23,491 bases of DNA from Ramazzottius varieornatus (taxonomy: Eukaryota > Animalia > Tardigrada): NCBI GenBank assembly GCA_001949185.1, contig BDGG01000001.1:2157249-2180739 (forward strand). Direction: 5' to 3'. A model generated the notes under the pieces. The model saw only the letters and a program-made list of their open reading frames with translations. It was not told the DNA's origin and did no database searches. Positions 13,602-23,491 of this stretch are shown here, one piece after another (positions within the stretch are counted from its first letter, which is position 1; every line of letters begins with the position of its first letter). The position numbers and the translations under genes were made by a program.

Positions 13602-15330
13602 TCAGGACTTCCGCGTTCTTCTCTTTGTTGGCGGAACCTTTTCAGCATTTTTGGAATACTTTCGTTTCATGGGTTTTAGAACAGCGGTTTCAATCGAAAT
13701 GTTTTCTGGGCTCGGTTCAGATGGACCTGTTCCCTCTCGCATAATGGCCCCTTCGATAGCATCGACCGATACCGCTCTTTCGGCACAGTATGTCATTCGG
13801 TATTCCATTTCTTTGGCGCGGCTTTCTCGTTCTTCTTCGACCTCTTTTTCTTCTCGCTTCTGTTTCTCTCGCCGGTTATCGTAATTTTGGGAGTAAAGCA
13901 CTACCTCTTTAGGAAACACTACATCCATTCTACTGTAAAGTTTCCTCAGCCTAAACTCCATGCCATCGTTGTAATAGCATACAGCAAGATCGGCGGAAAA
14001 CTGCAAGCTGTCGAACAAGGTCATTCGGTTCTTCGCGGTAATATTCCACGACTACCGTAATGCTTCATGAACTGGCGAAGTGAGTCATCATACGCGCGAA
14101 ACATCCCTTAGGGGATTGGCAGGGCGAAATCTCCCGACTGGGGTTCAACTGTACGCGTATGATACTCACTTCGCCAAGTTCATGAAGCATTACAGTATGA
14201 AATGCTTCGCTGGCATTGGTATTAAAATCGTGACACAAAGCCTGTAGGAAATTATCATTTTTCGTCAAGTTTTCGAATGCGGGACGGACAGCTTGCAGGC
14301 CTGCCTGGTTCATTGCAGTCGTGTGATCGTGGGCGGCTTCGAGACCATCGTTAAGAGCTCTCATGTACGGACACCAGCTTTCGGGACCTGGAGGACAAGC
14401 CTCTCTGCAAAGATAATTGGTCGTTATATGGTATGGCGTCACTTCATAAATGGGAGCTCGGCAAACAAACTCTCCCTCATCACTGTTTCAACTGGCACAC
14501 TTTCTGGGTGAAATCCTCGTGCAGCGTGCGCTACTTCGAAAAAAACTATCTGGTCGCCCATAGGAAAATAATGTTGAAAAATTGAATTGTGAACTAAAAA
14601 CTATTAATATTTTCAGTATTACCTTGAAAGCATAACTACTTACTTGTGAAAAGAACGTTCGTTTGTGGACATATAATGATAGTAAAATCCCATGTTAGAC
14701 CACCTGAAGTGGTTTGACATGGGATAACATGGGGTATCAAGTTGCATGCAAGGTTGTATTGCTAAGCTCTGCGAGCATTACGTAATAGCCTCACACTGTA
14801 TCGGCGGCAAAAATATGCGCCCGCGATTTGGTCCTGTTGTATACTTGGCTGTCAAACGAGATATTGAACATAAGAGCGGCGAACTTCTAAACTCCGGTAT
14901 ATTTCAGTCCCAATAAAATGCAGGATAATATAAACTGCACGTTGACGGTGTACTGAGACCAGGGTTCTATGACGGAAATCTTGTTCGAAGTCCACACCGT
15001 GTCTTCGAGATGGTTCGGTGAGTTCTTCACACACTGCACGTGAAATACCCTGGCTAATCCAAACTGGGTCTCTTGCACGGTTTTACCATCTTTCGACTTC
15101 TTGAGATCCGTAATCCACACTGGACCTTGACACAACTGAGTAGATCCATTTCGACCCAATTTGCTGCAGCAAGATACACAAGCGAAAAGCACTTTCAACA
15201 TTTTCCATTGAACAACAACAAGATCTTCATCCTCCATGACGCAGAAAATGCAGCGTATAAAACCAATAGCAATACGGAATGCCAAAAGCAGTTCTTTCGA
15301 CAAGCGAAGAAAACCGAATAAAGCGGCCAA
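13602..15330 (-). pseudogene. Decayed transposase (Kolobok/'Mutator-like' animal family)
   Basis: N-part has a Cys-rich region, GLARVFHVQC, WTS and VNVQFILSCILLGLKY. C-part has YH..CPPGPESWCPY, VRPAFENL, TNASEAFH..WNITAK and LAVCYYNDG. There are multiple stops and the central catalytic segment is not found. Confidence 0.8.
14055..14195. mobile_element. TA-flanked MITE (141 bp) inserted in the transposase
   Basis: ~40-bp TIR GTAATGCTTCATGAACT(T)GGCGAAGTGAGT(C)ATCATACGCG, with TA at 14053-14054 and 14196-14197. A second family member lies at ~20369-20493. Confidence 0.85.
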
Positions 15331-16373
15331 GTTTGCACCTTGATCACAGATTCGCTATTAGAGCACACTGTTTCTTTGGGTTGTTTTGATCAGAAGGGTA
15401 GCATCCTTCGAAACACCTTTTTTGATCTGTGTAGCTCCCTGTGTGAGCTGTTTATCTGATGCTCGAGAGCATCTCATAAAATGAGAAAGTTTACGACTTG
15501 TGTAATTGACACCTGCTTGCAGGATGGCCTGGGAAATGGCCAGTGGTCACTCGCTCAGAACAGTATTGGCGCTGCCTTTGGCACCGGCAAGAGTGGGCCG
15601 CGGAAGAGTGAGTGGCGCTGTCTTCGAGCGAGACTTGCAGTACTTGGTCTTCGAACAGAGTTTGCACGCTCTGCGTAATCGCGTAAATGTTGGCTTAAAA
15701 TTTAAACGGTAGACGAGAAATCGATCTATTTTCTGATACCAATATTTCTGTTGCAAGAATAGGCGTTCATTTATGGACGTTGTTCGTCCCAAGTGCCCTT
15801 AAGGGAGCTATGAAACTGCACAAAGCCAACATAATATATACGAGGGAAAGTTTGTAAAGTTAGCCGTCTAAGTTCGCCTGTTTTCCACCACTCAATCCCA
15901 AACTTTTAAGGATAGATTGATAGATAAAATATTTAACTGTCGAATGATATTATGCATAGTCAACACCAGGAGTCAGAGAATCCCAGAGATCCGCAACTAA
16001 AACAACGTTGAAATCTCATGTTAAAAAGCCAGAACTGACAATCAAATAGTCAATCAAGCGATATACGCTACAGCCTTGGCTAACTTTACAAACCCGGTAT
16101 GGGGTGGCTAAGTTTACGACCTTTACCTCGTAGGGCTTATCTTGACAAAGCTGTTCTTGCGACGTCACTTCCTGGATGAGGTTATCGACTAAATAGACTT
16201 TCCGGTAAACTTTTTTGGGAACAAGATTTTGCGTTTTCGCAGTCTCTGTGATCTGTAGTCGAAGCGCTCTTTCGAGAAGAGTAGCTTCCCGCAATTCCTG
16301 CGTGTACGTTTACAAGCGACACCGAACTTCCGAAAGGAAAAGTGTAGGCACGGAGCACCAGTCGAACTGTGCG

Positions 16374-17191
16374 ATGTTGACTCTTCCTGTGCTTCTGCTG
16401 ATTGTGTACGCGGGATGCCTTCCGCCACAAGGTAGTACCTTCTTCGCAATCGTTGTCAAATTCCCTTTGTCTGTAAGCATTGTTGATCATGAGTGTTTTT
16501 GTTCAGGTTGTTGGGCCATTGAGTGCTACATCTGTAACTCGGTATCCGACGCCGATTGCTCGAAGCCCTCAAAAAGCTACGATTGCGCGACATGGTGTAC
16601 GAATCAGGGAGGATGGCTTACAACGACTACGACCACAACGTCCACGACTACCCCTTCCACAGCCTCGATATCCCCCTCTTCCTCCACAAGTGCGACGGCC
16701 GCGTCTTCCCTGGCTCCCACTGATGGCTACAGCCCAGTTCCGGTGGATCCTCTCATGCCGTGTCCCGACCCAAGCAACTATACGCGGTGCAGAATAGTGG
16801 TGCAAACGCGTAAGTCTGTCGCTCGTTCGGCAGTTCAAAAAAATCTTGTATTCGATTCGGTTCGGAAAATGGATCTGCAGGATACTGAAATTCACCTGGC
16901 TTATTTGTATGAATTTCGTTGGGAACGTGCTTTCGAATGCATTTTTCAGTTGCTTCCAACTACTACGACGACGGGGAGTCACACGAACGCATTTCGCGCT
17001 CTTGCGGATGGACCGACGAATCGAACGGACGGGACAAGGATGTAGTAACCAAAGTTGGAACTACCAAGACTATGAAGAGGGTGGTTTACACTTGTAGAAC
17101 GGATAAGTGTAACGGAGCAGGTTCCTCCCATCCTTTGAAGGCCTTGATTTTCTGTGGACTACTGTTTCTTATCGCACCAATTCAGAGCTGA
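16374..17191 (+). CDS. Ly6/uPAR three-finger GPI-anchored protein with Thr/Ser-rich insert, exons 16374-16431, 16507-16809, 16950-17191; 200 aa
   Basis: Signal peptide MLTLPVLLLIVYAG, then IECYICNS..DADC, CRIVVQ, RSCGW, CRTDKCN and a hydrophobic tail. Exon phases and Cys pattern match 5083-5924. Confidence 0.9.
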
Positions 17192-18042
17192 ACCTTCTGT
17201 CATCGTAGTGGTGTCTTCCTCTCTTCACTGTGTCTTGAGGTACGTGCTGGATCTTTTATCTCAATTAATGAAATGCTTTCCCCGCAATTTTCCTCACCTG
17301 CCGGTGGAATACTATATACTGTACTTCTTTGTTAATATTGGTTTACTGTTTTTAGTATGACAGTCATTAGACAAAAGACCTTCCAGTAGACATCAAAAGG
17401 GCTTGCGTACTTGAACTTGATCTTAGACGCCTACGTTTGCGCGCCATCTTGACAGTAGGTATCAGCTTCCTTGTCGTCAACTGGATCGTGCGGGCCAGCG
17501 CACGTGTCTGACTATGCGGACTCGGGACGATTATTAAAAGGAACTTCCTTATGAAAACACAGCTTGCTTTTTTTCGTAGGAATGGTTAAGTCGGTTTCGG
17601 CTTAGGTTTTCATAACCAGGTTGACCTTGAAGGTAGAAACAAGAGCTGGCCGGTGGTCCAAGCATGGTTTGGCGGAGTATTTGACAGCTGTCTTCTGTGG
17701 CTGTCAGTGTCTGCGTGGGGTTTGTTTTCACCTTGTATTCAGGGACATCAGCGGATCGACATATCTTTAACGTCAGTGTTCTCTGCCGGACGATGTCGCA
17801 AGTGTCCAAGTTAGTCGTCGAAGTTTTAGTGTCCATTGAAATCATTACAATTTCTGTTGACTGAACGGTTCACTGACGGTGCACATATTTTCAGGCTCGT
17901 CGGCACGGGCTCTTGCTCCCAGGACTTACGTATTATCATGGCGTCGCAAAAATTGGCCTATGTTATATCCCGTATTCAGTACTAATATCTATTTCCTTCG
18001 AAGAAGGTTTCTTTTCACGTTAATCAGTATCTAACACTGCAA

Positions 18043-19713
18043 ATGGAATTTCCAAGTTGTGGATCCAGAGCTCTCTTCCTTGCAATCGTTTCATTTTTAT
18101 GTAAGTAAACATATAAACGTTTTGTTCGAGTGAACGTAGCATGAATTCTAGCTCGGAGCTACTATCTTTGCAGATTTCGCCGGCGAGTCTTCTCAAATGC
18201 CAATAAGGAGGACAGATGGGCGAAAGCTCAAACGATCATTTGTGGCTAGTTCTTCACCAGCGACACGTCCACATCCCGCGTCGCCACAGTTCCACCATGA
18301 TCCATCAATCATCCAACTTCATCAAGACCCCGTGCTGAACGCCCTCGCTCATCACAAGATATCAGAGAACCTAGCTGTTGGTGAGGAACTGTGTCAAATG
18401 CGACAAGTAACATGGATGATCGGCGATCATTGTAGACAAACTGTTTCTGAAGGTGGCGCACGGTTTCCGGGTTGTTGGCTGAAAGTGTGCGCGACTTACA
18501 AAACCGATCTTCGGGAGTTTGTTTGCTCAAGTCCCAAACGCTTTCTGTCCCACCAGTTCGCCAATTAAGCGGTACTTGGCTTTTCAGATAATGCATGGGA
18601 ACATGTTCCAAAACTACCGGACCACGAGGTGATCGTAGGCGTGCCGATGAGCGGAAGCGCTCCTCCGTCAATGCATATGGCGGCGTCCAATGGAGTGGCT
18701 ATGGGTGTGCAAGATGTGATGATAGACACCGTAGGTGGCAGCATCACACAGACGTTTTTCGGTAAGCGCAACCCGGATATCGACGACGATGATGACTGGT
18801 GCGACGACTACGATATCGACGACGATGATAACGGAAAGAAGAACCGTGAAGAAGATGACGACGACGATGACGGTAATCACAAATCAACGTATATTTCCTC
18901 ACGATCCAAAATACGAGGTAAACGACATAATTCGGGCATAGTGCTTTTTTACTCGTAATTCGGGCATACTTTTTCTCAGCTTCCGCTGCGCGTAATGAAC
19001 TGCTTCTTGGTTCCTGAGGTAGACTGATCCCTCTTCTCGAGTTTTAAATAGGTTTGAGAACGACAAAGCGTTGTGGATGACGGGCCTGGGAGGGAGGTGT
19101 ATCAACAGGCGTACGATGAGAGATGAATCAAGCATTGACAATGATGTTCAAACGTTTCGCGTTGCCCGTTTCGCGTTGCCCGAGTGCGAAAATCGATATG
19201 CCCGAATTATGTCGTTTACCTCGTACAGAAAATTATATCTCGTAAAAACAATGAAAAAGTATTCATGGAAACATACACCAAGAAAAATATTCAAAATAGA
19301 TTTCGTGATTTGCGATGTCTTCGTTAGTTTGACAAGAATGTTTCGCAGATGGTCGCAAGCCAGAAATGGACGACTTCAAAGAGCGTTTCCGACTGAGAAT
19401 GGCCCCGTTAATCATCGCACCGCGAAGGATTCCCGCCCGGTCCGCTGCTCTTCTACACAAGCCCGTTTCTGCTTCTCATCATACGCCTCTTTCTAGGCTT
19501 TCGTACAACAACTCGCAGGAGCTATCCCACAAAGCACATACTCACACTGGTCATTCGAGACTAGTGGTGCCGCAACACATATCTAAATTGAGGTCGCCGG
19601 GTGTGGGTTCGATAGGCTATAGATTAGTTAGCTCAATGTCGGCTCCCCGACAGAGCACGAACTCGCAGCAAAGAACGGTCATTTATCGACCCTTGAGAGT
19701 TCTTTACGACTAA
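18043..19713 (+). CDS. Orphan secreted protein, exons 18043-18100, 18174-18380, 18588-18761, 19349-(19713 or spliced onward to ~19973-20067)
   Basis: Signal-like start MEFPSCGSRALFLAIVSFLYFAG. Three consecutive phase-1 GT-AG introns join in frame. No recognised domain; 3' end uncertain. Confidence 0.6.
18776..18871 (+). repeat. Degenerate (GAC/GAT)n trinucleotide repeat, intronic
   Basis: GACGACGATGATGAC-type runs just after the GTAAGC donor at 18762. Confidence 0.8.
18914..19223. mobile_element. Mariner-type MITE (310 bp), intronic
   Basis: Perfect 27-bp TIR CGAGGTAAACGACATAATTCGGGCATA (18914-18940 / 19197-19223), with TA on both sides. Confidence 0.9.
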
Positions 19714-20070
19714 CTGCTACATATTGGTTTGGTTTTGCAGTTCACTTCCGGTTGAACAGTTGTTACGAATCATTCTTGAACGACCCCGAATTTGTTTGAA
19801 ATATCGTGATAAATGGTTAGACACGTCGGAAGGCTCGTAAGCAATACAGAGCTTCTCTTTCTTGAAGTTTAGAAGGACCTCGCGAGTATATAGGTAAATA
19901 GTTCGAACACACCGCAAAATATGTACCACCAAGAAGAGCAGATGCTAAAATTCGCATGTTTCTTGCTTGTAGGTACGATTCGCGTGGAAGGTGGAGTAAG
20001 ATGGTCGATAGCCGGTGGAGAATATGAGGCCAAACATCCTACTGTTCAGTACCGTCCGAGCTTGTGAAAG

Positions 20071-20693
20071 TAAGGATGGGCATTCCGCCGGACCCTCTCC
20101 CTGGAACGGAATTCGGAAAGGAATTCCTAATTTTCCTGTTTTCCGTTTCCTGAAAAGGCCAAACCAATTTCAGTAAATCGGAATTCCAGTGCGGCAGTCT
20201 AGAAGGCACAAACCACACGGAAACTCGGCTTAGCCCCAGCTGACAAGCTCAGCAAGCTTGTTTCCATGTGGCGCACGCTTTCTTCTAGTTCTGCTGGAGG
20301 CGTGCGCCACTTGGCAATACATTCAAGTAGAGTTCGTTGGCCGAGCTTCCGCACAGTGAGTGGAACTATGTAATGTGCTGCTTCATGAACTTGGCAAATT
20401 GGCGTCACGGTGATCATATGTTGTATGCGTCATGATACCCGTAAATTTTACATTCGCTGTGACGTCACTTCGCCAAGTTCATGAAGCATTACAAGTACGA
20501 GTACGCCAATTATTCGCAAAAAGTGGGGATTTAACCGTGGAAAACCGATTTCTTCAAGCGGAATTCCGTTTGGATGCTTATATTCCGATTCGGAATACCA
20601 GCGTTCCAAATCGGGCTCGGTCGGAACGGAGAGAAATTCCTATTTCTCCAGGCGGAGTTAGGAACGGAGAGGAAAACGGCATGCCCATCCTTA
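20071..20693. mobile_element. hAT-type non-autonomous element (623 bp)
   Basis: TIR TAAGGATGGGCATTCCG / CGGCATGCCCATCCTTA; 8-bp TSD TGTGAAAG / TGTGAACG (7/8); many subterminal GGAA(T/C)/ATTCC motifs. Confidence 0.8.
20369..20493. mobile_element. Nested MITE, same TIR family as 14055-14195
   Basis: TGTAATG..CTTCATGAACTTGGC vs TCACTTCGCCAAGTTCATGAAGCATTACA; internal sequence differs from the first copy. Confidence 0.8.
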
Positions 20694-21869
20694 TGTGAAC
20701 GTCCATCAGGATCTAGACTAAAAAGTATGAGGTGTACTGTAGTACCCACCACGCACTGGCTGGCTGAGCTTGGCTCCCATCTGCTCGAGTTAGCAGCGTT
20801 CGCGTTCGGGCTCTTGAGAGCTGCTGGTCAAGTCCAAGGTATCCGCATTACCATCTCAGCGGTAAGGCCAGGCCAACAAAGACCCCATCAATGGATACTC
20901 GTGTCGGTTGTGAGAGGTCTCCACGTTAAACTCGTTTGTCAAATTTCCAACTAGCAGCATGAATTGATACACCATTGAAAACGCCAAAATTACGCTTAGC
21001 CTTTGACAGTTTGTCTCAGCGTGCGAGACAAACCCGTCGAAGACAAGTCGTTGTTCGAAAGCCAACGAGCGATCGCATGAGAATGGTGCAGACGACGACG
21101 TACCGACGTCTTCCGATCAAAGCACAACTTCATAATTCTACAGATAATAGTGCTAAAGCTGTACGCTCAAAATAGAATCTTCGTTGAGCAGGGGAAAATT
21201 TGTGATTTTTCTGCTTTTGAATGCTAATCTAAGACTTAGATAGTTTTGCGTGCGTTGGGATTGGATTGCGGATTGGTACACGAGTACCGAAGTTCGGAGA
21301 TAACGTTTCGTTCGGTACAAAATATCTTCCCCACCGGAAATCCTACTGATCAACTTTTCCAAACTGTTTTTCAACTGATATGAATTTCAGAATTTGCTAG
21401 TGGAAATACGTTACAAAGTTGTACGAAGGGAAGCAAACGACGTACACTTATTTTTTAATAGCGCTTCGTGTTAGGTGGTGGTCACTTGGCCCGTTCGGGC
21501 TGTATGAGTACAAGTAGACAAAGTAAATAACCAGCACAGTAAACCTCAGCACGCTTCCGCGTAAGTTGTTCCACAGCAGTTTGAGCAAAAGCGCCGCAGC
21601 GACCTTACCAATTAGCACCAATTATCTGGTCGATGCTGTCGTCGATAGCTCATCCAAATGGAACGTTCTTGGTCAGTATACGTAATTATTGGTAAATTTC
21701 ACCAATAAAGCTCTTGTTTCAATTTTTCATAAACAAGTTCGCGAACGGGCATGGCTGGTTCCTCGTCTCACACACGCTTCCCTTATGGCACGTATCATCC
21801 AAAAAATTAACGAAGAAAATCATGTATACTTCCCGAACCGAAAACGCGCTGACGGAAAACATGTCTTCG

Positions 21870-22575
21870 GTGCGTTTTGGCAGTGATGTTCCGCAGACAT
21901 GGCCATTCAGGACTCCATACTCCAAAACCTCACTCTCTGCTTTGCGCTGCGTAAAATGATCTTTGGAAATGTAAAAATAATCCACTGGAAAGGTTGCAAT
22001 ATATGGCGGCTGCTCCTGCTCTGAACGAGTGGTAAATGCCGGTTACATGCAGTAAGCGTAGTGCCTAACATCACCTTGTGCATCGCGCTCTCGTTTACAG
22101 TCTAGCTTCAGATAATCGGCTAACTCCGTTGGGTTTCCTGACGTGGTAGCCACAGGTGAATGTTGGATGGACAGCAGTTCAAAGACGATTAGATCTGACG
22201 GAAAATCCTCTGGTAGCAGAATATCGTTCACACACGCCAAAGGTAGACCAACAGCCGGCATATCGTTAATCATGGTCACGATGTCGCCGTCCATAATTGG
22301 CCCCTCTTTACAGAAGCACGATTCCCCATATAAAGTGCCCATCCCGGCTAAAAGTTTCGGATGACCTCTGTAACTCTTCATGAGCGAAATCCAGCTTCCG
22401 GGATTCCATTTGGAGAGATGTAGTAGGGTACTTTCTGAACATCTTGGCAATGAATAAACATTCCAATTTCTAATCCACCGGCGAAAGATATCCCAATGTT
22501 CAACCGACCATCCTTCCCTTTTTCCAGAGCAATTACAAATTTTCTCATATGGAGACTCCATTTCGTTTTGTCCAT
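21870..22575 (-). pseudogene. MAGI: MAGI-like N-terminal fragment (PDZ0 + guanylate-kinase-like), frameshift ~22400 and stop at 22043-22045
   Basis: PDZ0: KWSLHM..KGKDGRLNIGISFAGGLEIGMF, DGDIVTMINDMPAVGLP, ELADYL. Past the TAA, in frame: PAFTTR..PVDYFYISKDHF..EVLEYGVLNGHVCGT, a GK motif. The order PDZ0-GK is diagnostic of MAGI. Confidence 0.75.
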
Positions 22576-23172
22576 CAGAACGGGGAAGGTTCCGCCCCAT
22601 GCAACACAGTGTTAAAATGTGACTTCCCTCGTGCTCACTGTTTGTACGACGCAGTCCCTGCTTACAGCCTTGGTAGAGTTGCGCTAAAAGGATGATCTGT
22701 AGATGAGTATTTATGGAGAGCAAAGCCGAGCATCGACAACAGCTTCAGAGCATAGTGCCAGATGGCCGAGTTGACTTGTCATGTACGACTTGATGACTGA
22801 ATCTACTTGCATAATAATCTGATATGTGAGACGTGTAAGTATGTGGGAGTAGACTAGTTTGGGGTGAATAAGACGTAGCGTAGAATACAAACGCAAACGT
22901 CTCCCGTCTTCCGGGTAAGTAGCCGCCAGGCAGACTTCCGTCTGAAGGTCGATCACAAAACGAATACAGAACTGCAAGTATAACTACAATCTAACAAGTA
23001 AAAGTGATACTGGCCCTGCATGATCATGTACTCGCACCCGGAAGTCCGGCGAGAAGTGCCGCAGTGCTTGATTTTCAGCTTACTTATCCGTCCATCGATA
23101 GCAACCATCCATGCAAGGTATTCATCACCGGCGGAGATGACTCCGTTACCGGGTACCACACTCTTGTCCAAC

Positions 23173-23414
23173 GTTATGTTATGTCATATCATATCATGTC
23201 ATGTTGTCACCCACAATGCCGAGCGTAATGTGATGTGACAAGACGTCGTGACGTCTCACTGTATGGCTTGACCGGAAGTGCCATCTGCTACCGCTCCGAC
23301 CGCTCCGACCGCTCCGACCGCTCCGACCGCTCCGACCGCTCCGACCGCTCCGACCGCTCCGACCGCTCGGTCCGCTCCCATCCATGATCCACCCACGATA
23401 TCTCTGATTAGCTT
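23173..23414 (-). repeat. Right arm of long inverted repeat (candidate TIR)
   Basis: 23401-23414 TCTCTGATTAGCTT is the reverse complement of 1-14. It has 9 ACCGCTC cores at 9-bp period (23290-23368) and a TATGT/CATGT microsatellite at the inner end. Confidence 0.95.
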
Positions 23415-23491
23415 TGAAAATACACGGGAGCCGTAGACGACTTTCTGAAGATTTTGATCGTATTTATATGTTTCAACTTACAAGAAAGAAT

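Larger units (their letters stand above)
12482..15798 (-). mobile_element. Kolobok-like DNA transposon, internally deleted
   Basis: TTAA on both sides (12478-12481, 15799-15802). Short TIRs GGGCACTTGGG(ATG)ACGAACA / TGTTCGTCCCAAGTGCCC enclose transposase fragments. Confidence 0.85.

Noticed and set aside
15799-15815. TTAA-GGGAGC as the start of a second adjacent Kolobok
   Set aside because: No matching opposite terminus found in the window.
18762-18958. Poly-Asp protein tail in ORF 18629-18958
   Set aside because: It lies after a strong GTAAGC donor and runs into a MITE; best read as an intronic microsatellite.
23194-23385. ORF with (SGR)n repeat, mirrored from position 30
   Set aside because: It is just the translation of the 9-bp tandem array; no evidence of coding.

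Overview
This is eukaryotic (invertebrate animal-like) genomic DNA with short GT-AG introns, so the ORF track mostly shows exon fragments. The window is almost exactly bracketed by a ~220-240 bp inverted repeat (1-221 vs 23173-23414), identical except in two internal tandem arrays. Between the repeats I could assemble by hand: a 7-exon tail-less PTEN, two paralogous 3-exon GPI-anchored Ly6/three-finger (quiver-like) genes, an LRAT/PLAAT (NlpC/P60) acyltransferase, a short XRCC4, a frameshifted TSEN2 (tRNA-splicing endonuclease), an orphan secreted-protein gene and a decayed, apparently intronless MAGI PDZ0-guanylate-kinase fragment. The interval also holds a 3.3 kb TTAA-flanked Kolobok-like transposon with a decayed transposase, TA-flanked Tc1/mariner-type MITEs, an 8-bp-TSD hAT-type MITE and a possible pogo remnant. 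The leading hypothesis is a ~23.4 kb TIR-bounded, gene-capturing (Pack-type) giant element with no intact transposase of its own. It cannot be separated from the alternative, two inverted copies of a dispersed repeat at scaffold ends, because the left flank is not visible. All family calls come from motif recognition, not database searches.
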